From Candidatus Palauibacter sp. (GTDB taxonomy: Bacteria; Gemmatimonadota; Gemmatimonadetes; Palauibacterales; Palauibacteraceae), in the NCBI RefSeq assembly GCF_965237495.1, contig NZ_OZ250143.1, positions 599,786 to 663,785 on the forward strand: 64,000 nucleotides of DNA, given 5' to 3'. The notes under the pieces are model-generated. The model saw only the letters and a list, made by a program, of their open reading frames with translations. It did not search any database and had not been told where the DNA came from. This document shows, piece after piece, positions 49,565 to 59,193 of the stretch. The stretch's first letter is position 1, and every line of letters begins with the position of its first letter. A program made the position numbers and the translations under genes.

Positions 49565-51115
49565 CTCGGCTCATCTCCGTCTTCGTCCGCTACGGCACGA
49601 TGCACATGGATTGGAACTGCCCACGCCAAGTGTTCATCACCCTCAGTGTTCATTGCACCAAGGTCTTCCTCAATGTTCGCGATTGGCGAGTAGAACACCA
49701 GCCCCTCCAAGTCGTCCTCGGAACTGGTTCCAGCGTCACCGATCCGACCGACATGCGCACCAAACAGCTTCTCGTTCGATCCGTGGAAGATCGGCGCGCC
49801 GCTGTCGCCTCCGTATCGAGGATAGTTCGCCACGTTCTGGCAGCGGATCGCGTAGTTCGTCTGACTGTTGGGCCAGCCGTAGATGTCGACGCAATCATGC
49901 TGGACCCGACCGTGGCTGCGACCACCGAACTGGCCGACCTTGAACAGATACTGACCATCGACCTCACCACCTTCGTATCGTACTACGTAAAGGCTGTCAC
50001 CGCCTGCGTGCTTGTGTCGATAGGCGGTAACGGGGAACGGATCGTCAGTTTCGTCATTCGTGTTGATTCCAACCGTAGTCGCTATCCATCCACGTACGAA
50101 ACGGTCATCGTCCGTATTCTTGCCGAACAGCGCTACGTCCGCCCATCTGCAATCAGCCGCGGCGCCGGGACCGCCGCCCACCGTACAGGTTCGCGTTGGA
50201 TCCGCGATCTCATACCCGAGACGGTCCGCCGCGTTGGTCGTGGACTGGTATAGCGGCGTAGTCGTATCCAGATCAGCAAATCCGTCCACGTCGCAATGCG
50301 AGGATGTCACGTACCGTTGATTGCCGCTCATCGTCACGCCAAGCCAGAGCGTACAGCGGTCTTCGTCCGTCTCGCCGTGACGCACCATGATGCCGCCGAG
50401 TGTCTGCGGGAACCGCTCACGAAGCGTATGGTCGTCGGATTGCGATTCGCCGGGATACGGTTCGGCGGTGCTTCGGTCCGGGTAAGCGCGCCCCACCACC
50501 ACCACACGAATGCCATCGTCCGGGATACCGTTTGTGCGTGCCAGATTCTTCGCGGTCGTCACGGCTGCGGAATTCACCACGCCGACCAGCAGCTTGTTGT
50601 TCGCTTGGTCGATATCAAGAAACGTCACAACGCCCAACGAGTAGAACTGGCTCGTCAGCCCTTCTTTCCAGTTGAGAAGCTGGCTGAACGGACGGGAGAC
50701 CTCCACGTACCGAATCGTTCCGCCCGCGTTGCCGATCTTGTCGTTCAGCTCCGTGTGGGCAACGGCTAGAACATCAGTTTTCTTAGTCGTGTCCGTGAGG
50801 GCCACGACCACGTTACCGTCGTCGTCCATCCAATAACCACCGAACTCCGATACGGATCCACTGATCTCGCTGAATCGCTTATCGGAGCCCAGTAGTGTGC
50901 CGATGGTCACATCTAGCCATGATGGGTTCAGTGACGGGTTCAACGGCATCGGTCACCGCAAATGTGGGAACATCAATCTGCGGTTCTGGACCGGCGAGGT
51001 CGGTGTCGTTGCTACATGCTTCCTCAATCAGCACGATGCCGAGTACGACCAGAACAGCAACCATCCCACGCAGCGGCCGGAGCCGCCGTCCCGCAACATC
51101 TCGCTGCTTCTCCAT
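49561..51115 (-). pseudogene. S1-family (alpha-lytic/streptogrisin-like) serine protease; signal-peptide exon and body are in different frames
   Basis: The body is track ORF 49561..50949, with His in VTSSHC, Asp in WADVALF and Ser in YGGDSGAPIF. The N-terminal leader MEKQRDVAGRRLRPLRGMVAVLVVLGIVLI... (ATG 51115) lies in track ORF 50879..51166. The two frames overlap at 50879-50949, and the total span is 1555 nt (3n+1). Confidence 0.65.
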
Positions 51116-51289
51116 CGTACCACTCCCGCGTTGAAGTGAACATCTACGGCGCAGCACCTCTGCCAATGGGGACCTTCTTCCGCGCTCCCAGCTTTCGCGT
51201 TCCCCAGCCGCTCGCTGGTCTTGCGGGCCGCGCCGAGCCGTTCAGAACCGGCACTCTCAACCTCGCAACGCACGCCGGCCCTCAATAGA

Positions 51290-51347
51290 GGGAAAACCCT
51301 TGAATTCGTGAGGGAAATTCCCCTCAAGCCATACCGGGAAAACCCTT
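51290..51347. promoter_or_regulatory. Operator-like architecture upstream of the protease operon
   Basis: 12-bp direct repeat GGGAAAACCCTT at 51290-51301 and 51336-51347. It flanks a near-perfect 16-bp palindrome, GAGGGAAATTCCCCTC, at 51310-51325. Confidence 0.35.
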
Positions 51348-51486
51348 ACATGCGGATTCCGAGCGCGAGATCATCGCGAGGGTTTAGAGCGGCCAACGCG
51401 GCGGTCGGGAGAATGAGAGGTCGCCCGCGTAACAGGTCAGCGGTCGTATGGGTTGGCGGCCCCCCCGTGCGGGGTGCCGTAAGGGC

Positions 51487-53000
51487 CTATCAGTCCGTGG
51501 TAAAAGTCGGGATGTTCCGCGCCGGCATTGATGGCTGGATTGTGGCCGGGACAGGAGTGGCCAGTCAGTCGGAGGTGGGCGATGGCGATGGGGCGGCGGA
51601 GGGGCGGGCGGCAGAAGGCGCTGTTCGTGGCGGCGGAGAGGATCCGTGCTCCGGGACACCCGTTCTACCGGGCTCTGGAGGGGCTGTTGGCTTCGGCGGG
51701 GTTCGACGGGTGGTGCGAGGAGACGTGCGCGGCGCACTACGCTCAGCGGCTGGGCCGTCCGAGCATCCCGCCGGGGGTGTACTTCCGGATGCTCGTGGTG
51801 GGGTATCTGGAGGGGATCGGATCGGAGCGCGGGATCGCGTGGCGGTGCGCGGAGTCTCTGTCGCTGCGGGAGTTTTTGGGTTACGAGCTGGATGAGAACC
51901 CGCCGGACCACTCGACGGTATCGCGGACGCGGCGGCGCCTGCCGGTGGAGGCGCACGAGGCGGTGTTCGCCCGGGTGCTGGAGCTGCTGGAGGAGAGCGG
52001 GCTTCTGAGCGGCAAGACGCTGGGGATCGACTCGACGACGCTGGAGGGGAACGCGGCGATGCGGTCGATCGTGCGGCGGGACACGGGGGAGGGATACCAG
52101 TTGTTCCTGGAGGGCTTGGCCGAGGCTTCGGGGATCGAGACGCCGAGCCGGGCGGATCTGGCGAAGCTGGACCGGAAGCGGCCGAAGAAGGGGTCCAACG
52201 ATGACTGGGAGCACCCGCACGATCCGGACGCGCGGATCACGAAGATGAAGGACGGGCGGACGCGCATGGGCCACAAGCTGGAGCATGCGGTGGACATGAG
52301 CTCGGGGGCGGTGTGCGGGCTGACGGTGCAGCCGACCGTGGGGGGCGACTGCGCCTCGCTGCCCGGGACGCTGGATGAGGCTTGCGGGCAACTGGCGCGG
52401 GTGGGCGTGGAGGTTCGGGAGCTGGTGTGCGACAAGGGCTACCACTCGAACGCGACGATGAAGCGTCTGGCGGGGCTCGGAGTGCGGAGCTACGTGAGCG
52501 AGCCGAACCGGGGTCGTCGGAGCTGGAAGCGGGACCGGGCCGCGCGGAAGCCCACCTACGCCAACCGGCGCCGGGTCCGGGGCGCCCGGGGCAAGGGCCT
52601 GCTGAGAGCGCGGGGGGAGAAGCTGGAGCGCGCCTTCGCCCACATGCTCACCACCGGCGGCATGCGCCGGACGCACCTTCGCGGGCACGAGAACATCCGC
52701 AAGCGTCTGCTGGTGCACGCGGCCGGGTTCAACCTCGGGCTCCTGATGCGGCACCGGTACGGCTACGGCACGCCGAGGAGTCTTCAGGGCAGACGTGCGT
52801 CCACGCTTCAAACGGGAGGCCTCCGGGTCGCTTTTTCGGCCCTTTTCCGGCCGAAATCGCGCGTTTTCGGCCACCCGGGACCCGTCGAGGCCCGGATATC
52901 ACTCCGACGACGCCCCGGCCGCGCCGGCGCAACAGTCCGCCGACACTTTGCCGAGGTCATATTCCGTGGCCCGCAGCGCGGTTTTGCCACGGCCTGCTAG
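51487..53000 (+). mobile_element. IS1182/IS5-family insertion sequence (ends uncertain by about 5 nt)
   Basis: Terminal inverted repeats: CTATCAGTCCGTGGTAAAAGTCGG (51487-) versus the reverse complement of the right end, CTAGCAGGCCGTGGCAAAACCGCG (-53000). No unambiguous target duplication was resolved. Confidence 0.7.
51528..53000 (+). CDS. IS1182/IS5-family DDE transposase
   Basis: ...HPFYRALEGLLASAGFDGW...IPPGVYFRMLVVGYLEGIGSERG...LGIDSTTLEGNAAM...DPDARITKMKDGRTRMGHKLEHAVD...LVCDKGYHS...NLGLLMR.... A likelier start is the MAMGRRR... ATG near 51582. Confidence 0.75.
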   Translation: MMAGLWPGQEWPVSRRWAMAMGRRRGGRQKALFVAAERIRAPGHPFYRALEGLLASAGFDGWCEETCAAHYAQRLGRPSIPPGVYFRMLVVGYLEGIGSERGIAWRCAESLSLREFLGYELDENPPDHSTVSRTRRRLPVEAHEAVFARVLELLEESGLLSGKTLGIDSTTLEGNAAMRSIVRRDTGEGYQLFLEGLAEASGIETPSRADLAKLDRKRPKKGSNDDWEHPHDPDARITKMKDGRTRMGHKLEHAVDMSSGAVCGLTVQPTVGGDCASLPGTLDEACGQLARVGVEVRELVCDKGYHSNATMKRLAGLGVRSYVSEPNRGRRSWKRDRAARKPTYANRRRVRGARGKGLLRARGEKLERAFAHMLTTGGMRRTHLRGHENIRKRLLVHAAGFNLGLLMRHRYGYGTPRSLQGRRASTLQTGGLRVAFSALFRPKSRVFGHPGPVEARISLRRRPGRAGATVRRHFAEVIFRGPQRGFATAC

Positions 53001-53650
53001 CGCTCGCCTTCGGTCCGCAGGAGCCCGGCCTCAAGAGCGAAGCGCACGACGTCGCGCCGATTGTGGAGGCCGAGCTTGGCCTTGGCGCGGGCGAGGTAGC
53101 CCTCGACGGTCTTGGGACTGAGACGCATCTCCTTGCCCGTCTCGCTGGCCGAAAAGCCGCTCGCGTACAGCTCGATCGCGGTAACCGCGCGCGATGAGAG
53201 CACGTCGGGTCCCGGCTTGTGGTTCGAGGCGCCATGCGCCTTCCGCCGCGCGAGCAAGGTGGCCGCTTGCTGGGGCAGGTAGGTGTGCCCGCGCGCGACG
53301 GCTTCCACGGCCCCAATGAGATCGGTGTCGGCGGCGGATTTGTTCAGAAAGCCCGCCGCGCCGGCGTTCAGGGCGGGTACAAGGTACTCATCTTCGTCGT
53401 GGATCGTGACAACCAGGACCTTGGCTCCGAGTCCAAGTTCGGTCACGCGCCGCGTCGCCTGGACTCCGTCCATCCCGGGCATCGCCAAGTCCATGATGAC
53501 GATGTCCGGCTCCAGGGTCCGGGCCTTCTCCACCGCTTCCTCCCCGGACGATGCTTCGCCCACGACCTCCACCCGCTCGGTGGTCTCGAGCAACGCCTTC
53601 AGGCCGGCACGCACCACCGGGTGGTCGTCGACCAGCAGCACCCTCACCAC
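52997..53650 (-). CDS. NarL/LuxR-family response regulator
   Basis: VRVLLVDDHPVVRAGL...PDIVIMDLAMPGMDG (receiver domain), then ...ETGKEMRLSPKTVEGYLARAKAKLGLHNRRDVV (LuxR HTH). Confidence 0.9.
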   Translation of the reverse strand: MVRVLLVDDHPVVRAGLKALLETTERVEVVGEASSGEEAVEKARTLEPDIVIMDLAMPGMDGVQATRRVTELGLGAKVLVVTIHDEDEYLVPALNAGAAGFLNKSAADTDLIGAVEAVARGHTYLPQQAATLLARRKAHGASNHKPGPDVLSSRAVTAIELYASGFSASETGKEMRLSPKTVEGYLARAKAKLGLHNRRDVVRFALEAGLLRTEGER

Positions 53651-54761
53651 CGTTCCGAATCCCCCCCGTCTTCCGGACCCATGATCGGCACGGCGGCCCG
53701 AACCGCGGTTCCCTTGCCGGGGGAGGTCCGCACGGTAACGTCGCCCCCGACGAGCGCGGCCCTCTCACGCATGGCGACGAGGCCGACGTGACTCCCGTCC
53801 GGTTCCGCGACGGAATCCCGCAACTCGAACCCGCACCCCTCGTCGCGAATCTCGGCGATGACCGCATCGCCCGTCGACCGGAGTGTCACCGTGGCTTCGT
53901 TCACCCGCGCGTGCCTCGCCGCGTTGGTCACGGCCTCCTGAACGATCCGATACAGGGCCAGCGCAGCGGCCGCGTCCACTTCGTCGTCACCCGATCGAGG
54001 CTGGCGTTGACCTCGAATCCGTACATATCCCGGATGTCGCGAAACACCGAACCGAGAGCGGCGGAAAGACCCTGATGATCGAGTGCGGGGGGAAGCAGCT
54101 CCCGAATCATCCGCTTCACCCCCAGGATTGTCTCATGGATCTCGCCGGCGACCAGCGCCCGCATCCGCTCCCTGTCCTCCTTGCTCGTCTCGTCCGCCAG
54201 CAGCTTCACCCGGATCTTGAGGGCCACGAGGGACTGGAGGAATCCGTCGTGAAGCTCGCGGGAAAGACGTTTCCGCTCGTTCTCGGCCGCCGTCACCATC
54301 ATCTTGGACACGCGGCGCATCCGCTTCCAGCCCGCGATGTCACGGACCGTGCAGATCACGTGTTCCTTACCGGATCCCCGTTTCCCGGGGCTCAGACTGA
54401 TCTCCACCGGGATCGTCGTGCCGTCCTTGCGCAACGCCGACAACTCGAGGCCCTGTCCCATGGGCCGCGCCCGCGGCGCCTGGCCGTAGCGTCGGCGGTG
54501 CTGCTCGTGCCCACTGCGACTGGAGGCGGGAACCAGCCGTTCCACGCCGGAACCCACCATCTCCTCTCGGCTCCATCCGAACATCGCGAGCGCCTGAGGG
54601 TTGATGTCCCGGATCACCCCGTCGGGGTCCACGATAAGCGTCGCGTCCGGCGATGCCTCGAAAACGGCTCTGTAGTCCCTGTCGGTAAGCACGACAATCC
54701 GGTTCGACGAAGTGAGGTCGGCAAGGTGGGCGCGGGAGATCAGTAGCCGTCGGCCTCCCAC
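53644..54761 (-). pseudogene. PAS / HisKA_3 / HATPase sensor histidine kinase with one frame break near 53980-53995
   Basis: Track ORF 53928..54761 carries the PAS domain (...FEASPDATLIVDPDGVIRDIN...) and the H-box (ERKRLSRELHDGFLQSL). The ATPase domain (...ALYRIVQEAVTNAARHA...IRDEGCGF...GLVAMRERA...) is in another frame, ORF 53644..53979. The span is 1118 nt (3n+2). Confidence 0.75.
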
Positions 54762-55471
54762 GTGGCAAGGTTCCTATCCCAAGAGCGAGCCCGTTGCGCC
54801 CTCACGAAACACCATGGCGCGTCGGGGTCTCACGAAGCCTGAATCGACCATCCGGCATTAGGCGGCCGATTCCTGGAAGGAGGCAGGTGTCGATACGTAC
54901 CATGTTCCCGTCAAGGACCTCGGTAATCACTCTCGAAGGAAGTCTTCGGCGAACGGGCTCCCGTGGAGGGGCCGGGCCGTCGCCATCCAAGACCCCAGGG
55001 CAAACGGCCCCCGGTCAACCGCGTCGAGCAGTATTCCTGGTTCCATCGTCGGTGGAAGCACCTGAGACGACCCGGAGCGTGCGGTCGTGGATGGCAGAGT
55101 CGGGCGTCCCGGCGGAAGTCGCGGAGGCCTGACTCGCCCAAGTTCCCAGGGAGCCAAGTTGTTCAGGCGTATCAGCAATCCGACCTGCTGACACGCCCCG
55201 CCGAGGTTCTCCAAGCCTGGAGCGATCGCGTCACATAGCTTTGGCAGCTGTGCGGGCTTGATCGTAGCTCCTTTGGAAGGCGGCGGAGGCCAATCTTCTT
55301 CCGGGACGACGCTGGAAGCCTTCGGAAATCGCCTCGATTCGGGCTGTTGACACGGCTTGGACTGGACCTCTCCGTGTACGGCATGGAGACTACACCGACC
55401 CGAGATTCTCACCGCCAGAGGCCGTCCGTCGCGCTTGCCGGGGGGCTGTCTGGCACCCTTCCGGTGGCTAA

Positions 55472-55505
55472 GCCAGCCTACGCAGTGTTGAACACTGCGG
55501 CTGGC
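55472..55505 (+). promoter_or_regulatory. Candidate oriT hairpin upstream of mobC
   Basis: GCCAGC-cta-CGCAGTG-ttgaa-CACTGCG-GCTGGC: 13 paired positions with one 3-nt bulge, ~125 nt upstream of mobC. CTTGTCGCGCC at 55540-55550 loosely resembles the MOBQ nick core as I recall it. Confidence 0.35.
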
Positions 55506-55632
55506 GAGGGGGTGGCTCCGCCCCCCTTAGACCCCCCGGCTTGTCGCGCCGCTGCCGCGGCGGTAGGCGGGCGCGGTGCGCCGCCCCCCGAACCCCGCCG
55601 CCGGTGCGTCCGTGGCTGAGTGCCGCACCGTG

Positions 55633-55950
55633 ATGGTCGCCGCCCGCGTCACGCCGGCGGAGCGCGCCGCCTGGCAGGAAAAGGCGGCGGCCGCCGGCGT
55701 CTCTCCGTCCGAACTGCTGCGGCGGGCGATGGCGCGGACGCGGACGTGGACCGCGCCGGCACGCTCCGCCGAGCGCGAACGCACCCGTCAGATCGCGCGC
55801 ATCGGCAACAACCTGAACCAGCTCGCGCGCTGGGCGAACACGTACGCCTCGGCGACCGAGGCCATCTCGGTGATCGCCCACCTGGTGTCGTTCGAGCGGT
55901 CGCTGCTCGCCCTGGCCCGCTTCGACGGAGACGGCGGCGATGCACCTTAA
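55633..55950 (+). CDS. mobC: MobC-family relaxosome accessory protein
   Basis: ...VAARVTPAERAAWQEKAAAAGVSPSELLRRAM...IARIGNNLNQLARWAN; IGNNLNQxAR is the MobC signature. Overlaps the relaxase start by 11 nt. Confidence 0.8.
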   Translation: MVAARVTPAERAAWQEKAAAAGVSPSELLRRAMARTRTWTAPARSAERERTRQIARIGNNLNQLARWANTYASATEAISVIAHLVSFERSLLALARFDGDGGDAP

Positions 55951-57418
55951 GTTCCTCCCCCACGGCAGGGGCTCGGCCCGGGCAGCGGTCGACTATCTCG
56001 TCGGCGAGCGGGACGCCGAAGGACACAGGCGCGAGGGCGTCCAAGTGCTGCGCGGGAATCCGGACATGGTGGCCGCCGTGGCCGACTCGCTCGACTTCGA
56101 GCGCAGGTATACGTCGGCCGTGATCGCCTGGGCGCCGGAGGACCGGCCGGCCGAGGAACAGATCGAGGCCGTCCTCGACGAGTTCGAGAAGACCGCCTGG
56201 GCGGGATTGGAGCCGGACCGCTACGCCTGGACGGCGGTCGTGCACCGCGAGCGCGGCGGCGGCGTCCACGCGCACGTCCTCGCCGCCCAGTGCGACCTCC
56301 AGACGGGCCGGAGCCTCAACATCGCGCCCCCGGGCTGGCAGAGGACCTTCGATCCGCTCCGCGACGCGTTCAACCACGAGCACGGCTGGAGCCGCCCGGA
56401 CGACCCGGCGCGGGCGAGGGCGCAGCAGCCGGGCCACCTGGCCTTCATCGAGGCCTCGAAACTCAGGGCCGGTCTCGAACACGAAGCCGACCCGCGCGAA
56501 CTGATCCGCGACTACCTCGTGCAGCGCGTCGAGCACGGCGCGGTTGGGAGCCGCGCCGACGTGGTCTCCGCCCTGGAGGACGTCGGCTTCGAGGTGCCGC
56601 GCCGAGGCAAGAACTACCTGACCGCCCACGATCCGGACAGCGGCAAGCGGTGGCGGCTGAAGGGAGAGCTGTATGAGCACGACTTCCACCCCGAACGACT
56701 TGACCTCCCGGCTGCGGCACCGGATGGAGACCGACCGGCAACAGATCGAGGAGACGGCCGCGCGCGAGTTCGAGCGGCTTGGCGAGAACTTGAGCGCCGT
56801 CGCGAGCGGCGCGCTGCGTTCCATCGAGGCCGATACGGAGGAGGCGACCGGGAGGATGCGCGATCTCCTGCTCAAGGCGTGGCTCCGGCCGCTGCTGGTC
56901 GGCCTGAGCCTTTTTCTCGGTATCAGCGGCGGCAGTTGGGCGACGATGCACTGGTTGTGGAGGAGCATCGAACTCCGGATCGAGACCTTGGCGACGCTGA
57001 ACCGGCAGATCGAAGAGGCCCGCTGGACAGTGGACGAGATCGAGGACACGACTTGGGGCGTGACGCTCAGAGAGATCGACGGGGAACGGTTCGTGGTGCT
57101 GCCGGCCGGCTCACTGGAGTATCCGCCCTGGACCGTGCGCGGTCGGCCTGCCGTGAAGCTGTCGAGAGAGTGAGGGAGCTGTATGACCGCGTTAGAGGAG
57201 CAGTTGACGAACGCCTTGGTGAGGTTGTCCGCGCAGTACGAGATGGAACAGCGGCGGCACGCCGAGCTGGTCGAAGCCTTGCAGCGGCAAGTCGAGCGGC
57301 TGGACGGGCGGGTGACACGCTTGGCCGCGGACTACGGGACGCTCGCCGCGACGTTGCGCGGGCGCTGGAGCTGATGCGCCAGCCCCAGCGAGACCGCGAC
57401 CTTGGGCCGAGCCGGTAG
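55940..57418 (+). CDS. Relaxase/mobilization nuclease (MobA/VirD2-type); only about the first 250 codons look like genuine coding frame
   Basis: MHLKFLPHGRGSARAAVDYLVGE...YTSAVIAWAPED...GGGVHAHVLAAQCDLQTGRSLNI (HxH-type motif). After ~56700 the third codon positions of this frame become A/T-rich by eye and the product turns R/G/D/A-rich. Another frame carries two well-formed genes there. Confidence 0.7.
   Translation: MHLKFLPHGRGSARAAVDYLVGERDAEGHRREGVQVLRGNPDMVAAVADSLDFERRYTSAVIAWAPEDRPAEEQIEAVLDEFEKTAWAGLEPDRYAWTAVVHRERGGGVHAHVLAAQCDLQTGRSLNIAPPGWQRTFDPLRDAFNHEHGWSRPDDPARARAQQPGHLAFIEASKLRAGLEHEADPRELIRDYLVQRVEHGAVGSRADVVSALEDVGFEVPRRGKNYLTAHDPDSGKRWRLKGELYEHDFHPERLDLPAAAPDGDRPATDRGDGRARVRAAWRELERRRERRAAFHRGRYGGGDREDARSPAQGVAPAAAGRPEPFSRYQRRQLGDDALVVEEHRTPDRDLGDAEPADRRGPLDSGRDRGHDLGRDAQRDRRGTVRGAAGRLTGVSALDRARSACREAVERVRELYDRVRGAVDERLGEVVRAVRDGTAAARRAGRSLAAASRAAGRAGDTLGRGLRDARRDVARALELMRQPQRDRDLGPSR
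56673..57173 (+). CDS. Membrane/coiled-coil protein nested out of frame in the relaxase ORF (MobB-like arrangement)
   Basis: AGGGAGAGCTGT precedes the ATG. G/C-rich third positions by eye and balanced composition: ...LLLKAWLRPLLVGLSLFLGISGGSWATMHWLW (TM), then ...RIETLATLNRQIEEARWTVDEIED. Confidence 0.65.
   Translation: MSTTSTPNDLTSRLRHRMETDRQQIEETAAREFERLGENLSAVASGALRSIEADTEEATGRMRDLLLKAWLRPLLVGLSLFLGISGGSWATMHWLWRSIELRIETLATLNRQIEEARWTVDEIEDTTWGVTLREIDGERFVVLPAGSLEYPPWTVRGRPAVKLSRE
57183..57374 (+). CDS. Small coiled-coil protein, also out of frame within the relaxase ORF
   Basis: AGGGAGCTGT precedes the ATG, the same initiation-region motif as at 56661. MTALEEQLTNALVRLSAQYEMEQRRHAELVEALQRQVERLDGRVTRLAADYGTLAATL; G/C-rich third positions by eye. 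Confidence 0.55.
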   Translation: MTALEEQLTNALVRLSAQYEMEQRRHAELVEALQRQVERLDGRVTRLAADYGTLAATLRGRWS

Positions 57419-57616
57419 GGGCTTTATACACCTCGCTCCTCACCGCCACGAGCGTGCCCCGACTCACCCGTCACGGTTATCTTCGGACGCAATGAATGCT
57501 GTCCATACGAGAGAACCTTCCGCGACGGATCGACGCGTCCGCCGCACCCCTCCGCCCAATGCGCGGACCGTGCGCGTGATGGGCCTGACGTCCGGGGAAC
57601 GTGGGGGTGGGGACTA

Positions 57617-59054
57617 GTGGCACAATCGCCACAGCACGCGAGGCGCTCCGGAGCGATTCGCGCTGGAGATACAGCGTCACGTCGCCCAAGGTCGGGAAGT
57701 GCGATCAAGTGGTCCATCATCGCCTGGGCGCTGCTCCTGGTCGCCGCTACGATCATCGTCTGGATGAAGTGTCCGGCATGGCTGACGGCAGGTGAGTCAG
57801 GAAGCACGACGATCCGGAACGTCGGGCTCGTTATACTGGCCGCAGTTGGCCTTCCCCTGGCCATTTGGCGAAGCGTGATCGCCGAGCGCCAAGCCCAGGC
57901 GGCGCAGCGCCAATCCGAAGTCGCCGGCCATCCCGACATTGGGTCGGTCCGCATTGGCGGCGTCCATACCCTGGCCCGCCTCGCCGCCCAGTATCCAGAC
58001 GTCTTCCACCTACGCGTCATGCAAACGCTCGCAGCATTTGTCGTGGACCGGACGAAGGCCGACGGCGAGGAAGCACAGCCGGAATCCGCGGCGGCCGAAG
58101 AGGCCAGGGACTATTCTGCATACTCCCCTCCGGAGGTGTTACTCGCTGCTAGTCAAGACGTCGGACCCATCCCCGATCTTGCGAAGGACGTGGAAGAGGC
58201 TATGAGGTCGATCGCCGAGCGGAGCGAGGGCCAGATTGCCTTGGAGCAGGACGGGACGTTCCGGATGAATCTCGCGGATGCCTCCATCGCGGGATTCATT
58301 TTCCATCAGGCAGATTTCTCGGGCTTTGACTTGACGAAGGCGGACATGCGTCGTGTGCGGGGCTGGGACGCCTGCCTCGCCGACGCTCGTCTCGCAGGTG
58401 CTGACTTGTCGGCCGCGAACATGCGGGGTGCCAACTTCCGCGACGCCGACATGAGGCGGGTGAACCTCACGGCCGAGGCTCAGCGGTGCGGACCTGAGGA
58501 ATGCCGACCTCGGGCGCGTTGATATTGCGTCAGAGAACCTGTGGAAGGGAGCACGATTCCCCTCGAAGCTGGTTGGGACGGACCTTCACGGAGCGGACCT
58601 AAGGAACGCCGATCTGGTTGGGGCAGATATGCGTGGAGCATGGTTGGCGGTCGCGAGACTCGACAATGCCCGTCTCCTCCGTGCCAACTTGAGCGGGGCG
58701 GACCTGAGGGGGGCGAATCTCAGCGAGGCTCAACTTGGCAATGCCGACCTGACGAATGCGAACCTCGGTGGCGCGGGCGCGGACTTGAGCGGTGCAGACC
58801 TAGCCGGTGCGAACCTAACGGGTGCGAATCTCGGAAACGCGAGTCTCGCCGGCACAAACCTCGATGGTGCAAACCTCACCGGCGCCGACTTCTCTCGAGA
58901 CTATCTGTGCGGAGATCCATCTCCGGCGCTGGGATTGACGCAACAGCAACTCGATCAGGCAAGAGCGGACCCGAGTAACCCCCCGATTCTGGATGGAACC
59001 CTGGACGGCGAAACGGACGAGCCACTGCTCTGGAGAAGCCATCGAAAGGGGTGA
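57617..59054 (+). pseudogene. Membrane-anchored pentapeptide-repeat protein with one frame break near 58468-58482
   Basis: Track ORF 57617..58522 has two TM segments, a helical domain (...VHTLARLAAQYPDVFHLRVMQTLAAFVVDR...), and then pentapeptide repeats begin. A second frame, open from ~58480, reads LSGADLRNADLGRVDIASENL...GTDLHGADLRNADLVGADMRGAW and runs without a stop into ORF 58629..59054 (...ANLSGADLRGANLSEAQLGNADLTNANLGG...). The span is 1438 nt (3n+1). Confidence 0.7.
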
Positions 59055-59193
59055 TCGGGACGGGTGGGGCTAAATTGGCTTGCTGGAAGCCCTCTTCCAA
59101 ACGGCCCGCATAGAGACATTCGGTGCAGGAGGAGTAGGCTCCCTCCGTGTAGCGGACGAGCTTGCTCCCGCCCGCCTTTGCGAGCGCGGCGGA

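Noticed and set aside
55396-55404. CGACCCGAG occurs at both 55396-55404 and 60552-60560, as possible attL/attR cores of the mobilizable element.
   Set aside because: A 9-mer shared between two GC-rich windows of these sizes is about what chance predicts, and the flanks do not extend the match.
54927-55412. 161-codon minus-strand ORF between the histidine kinase and the oriT-like hairpin, as a possible element-borne regulator or excisionase.
   Set aside because: It has no recognisable motif, only moderate third-position G/C bias, and a GTG start with no obvious ribosome-binding site. This is not enough to call a gene.
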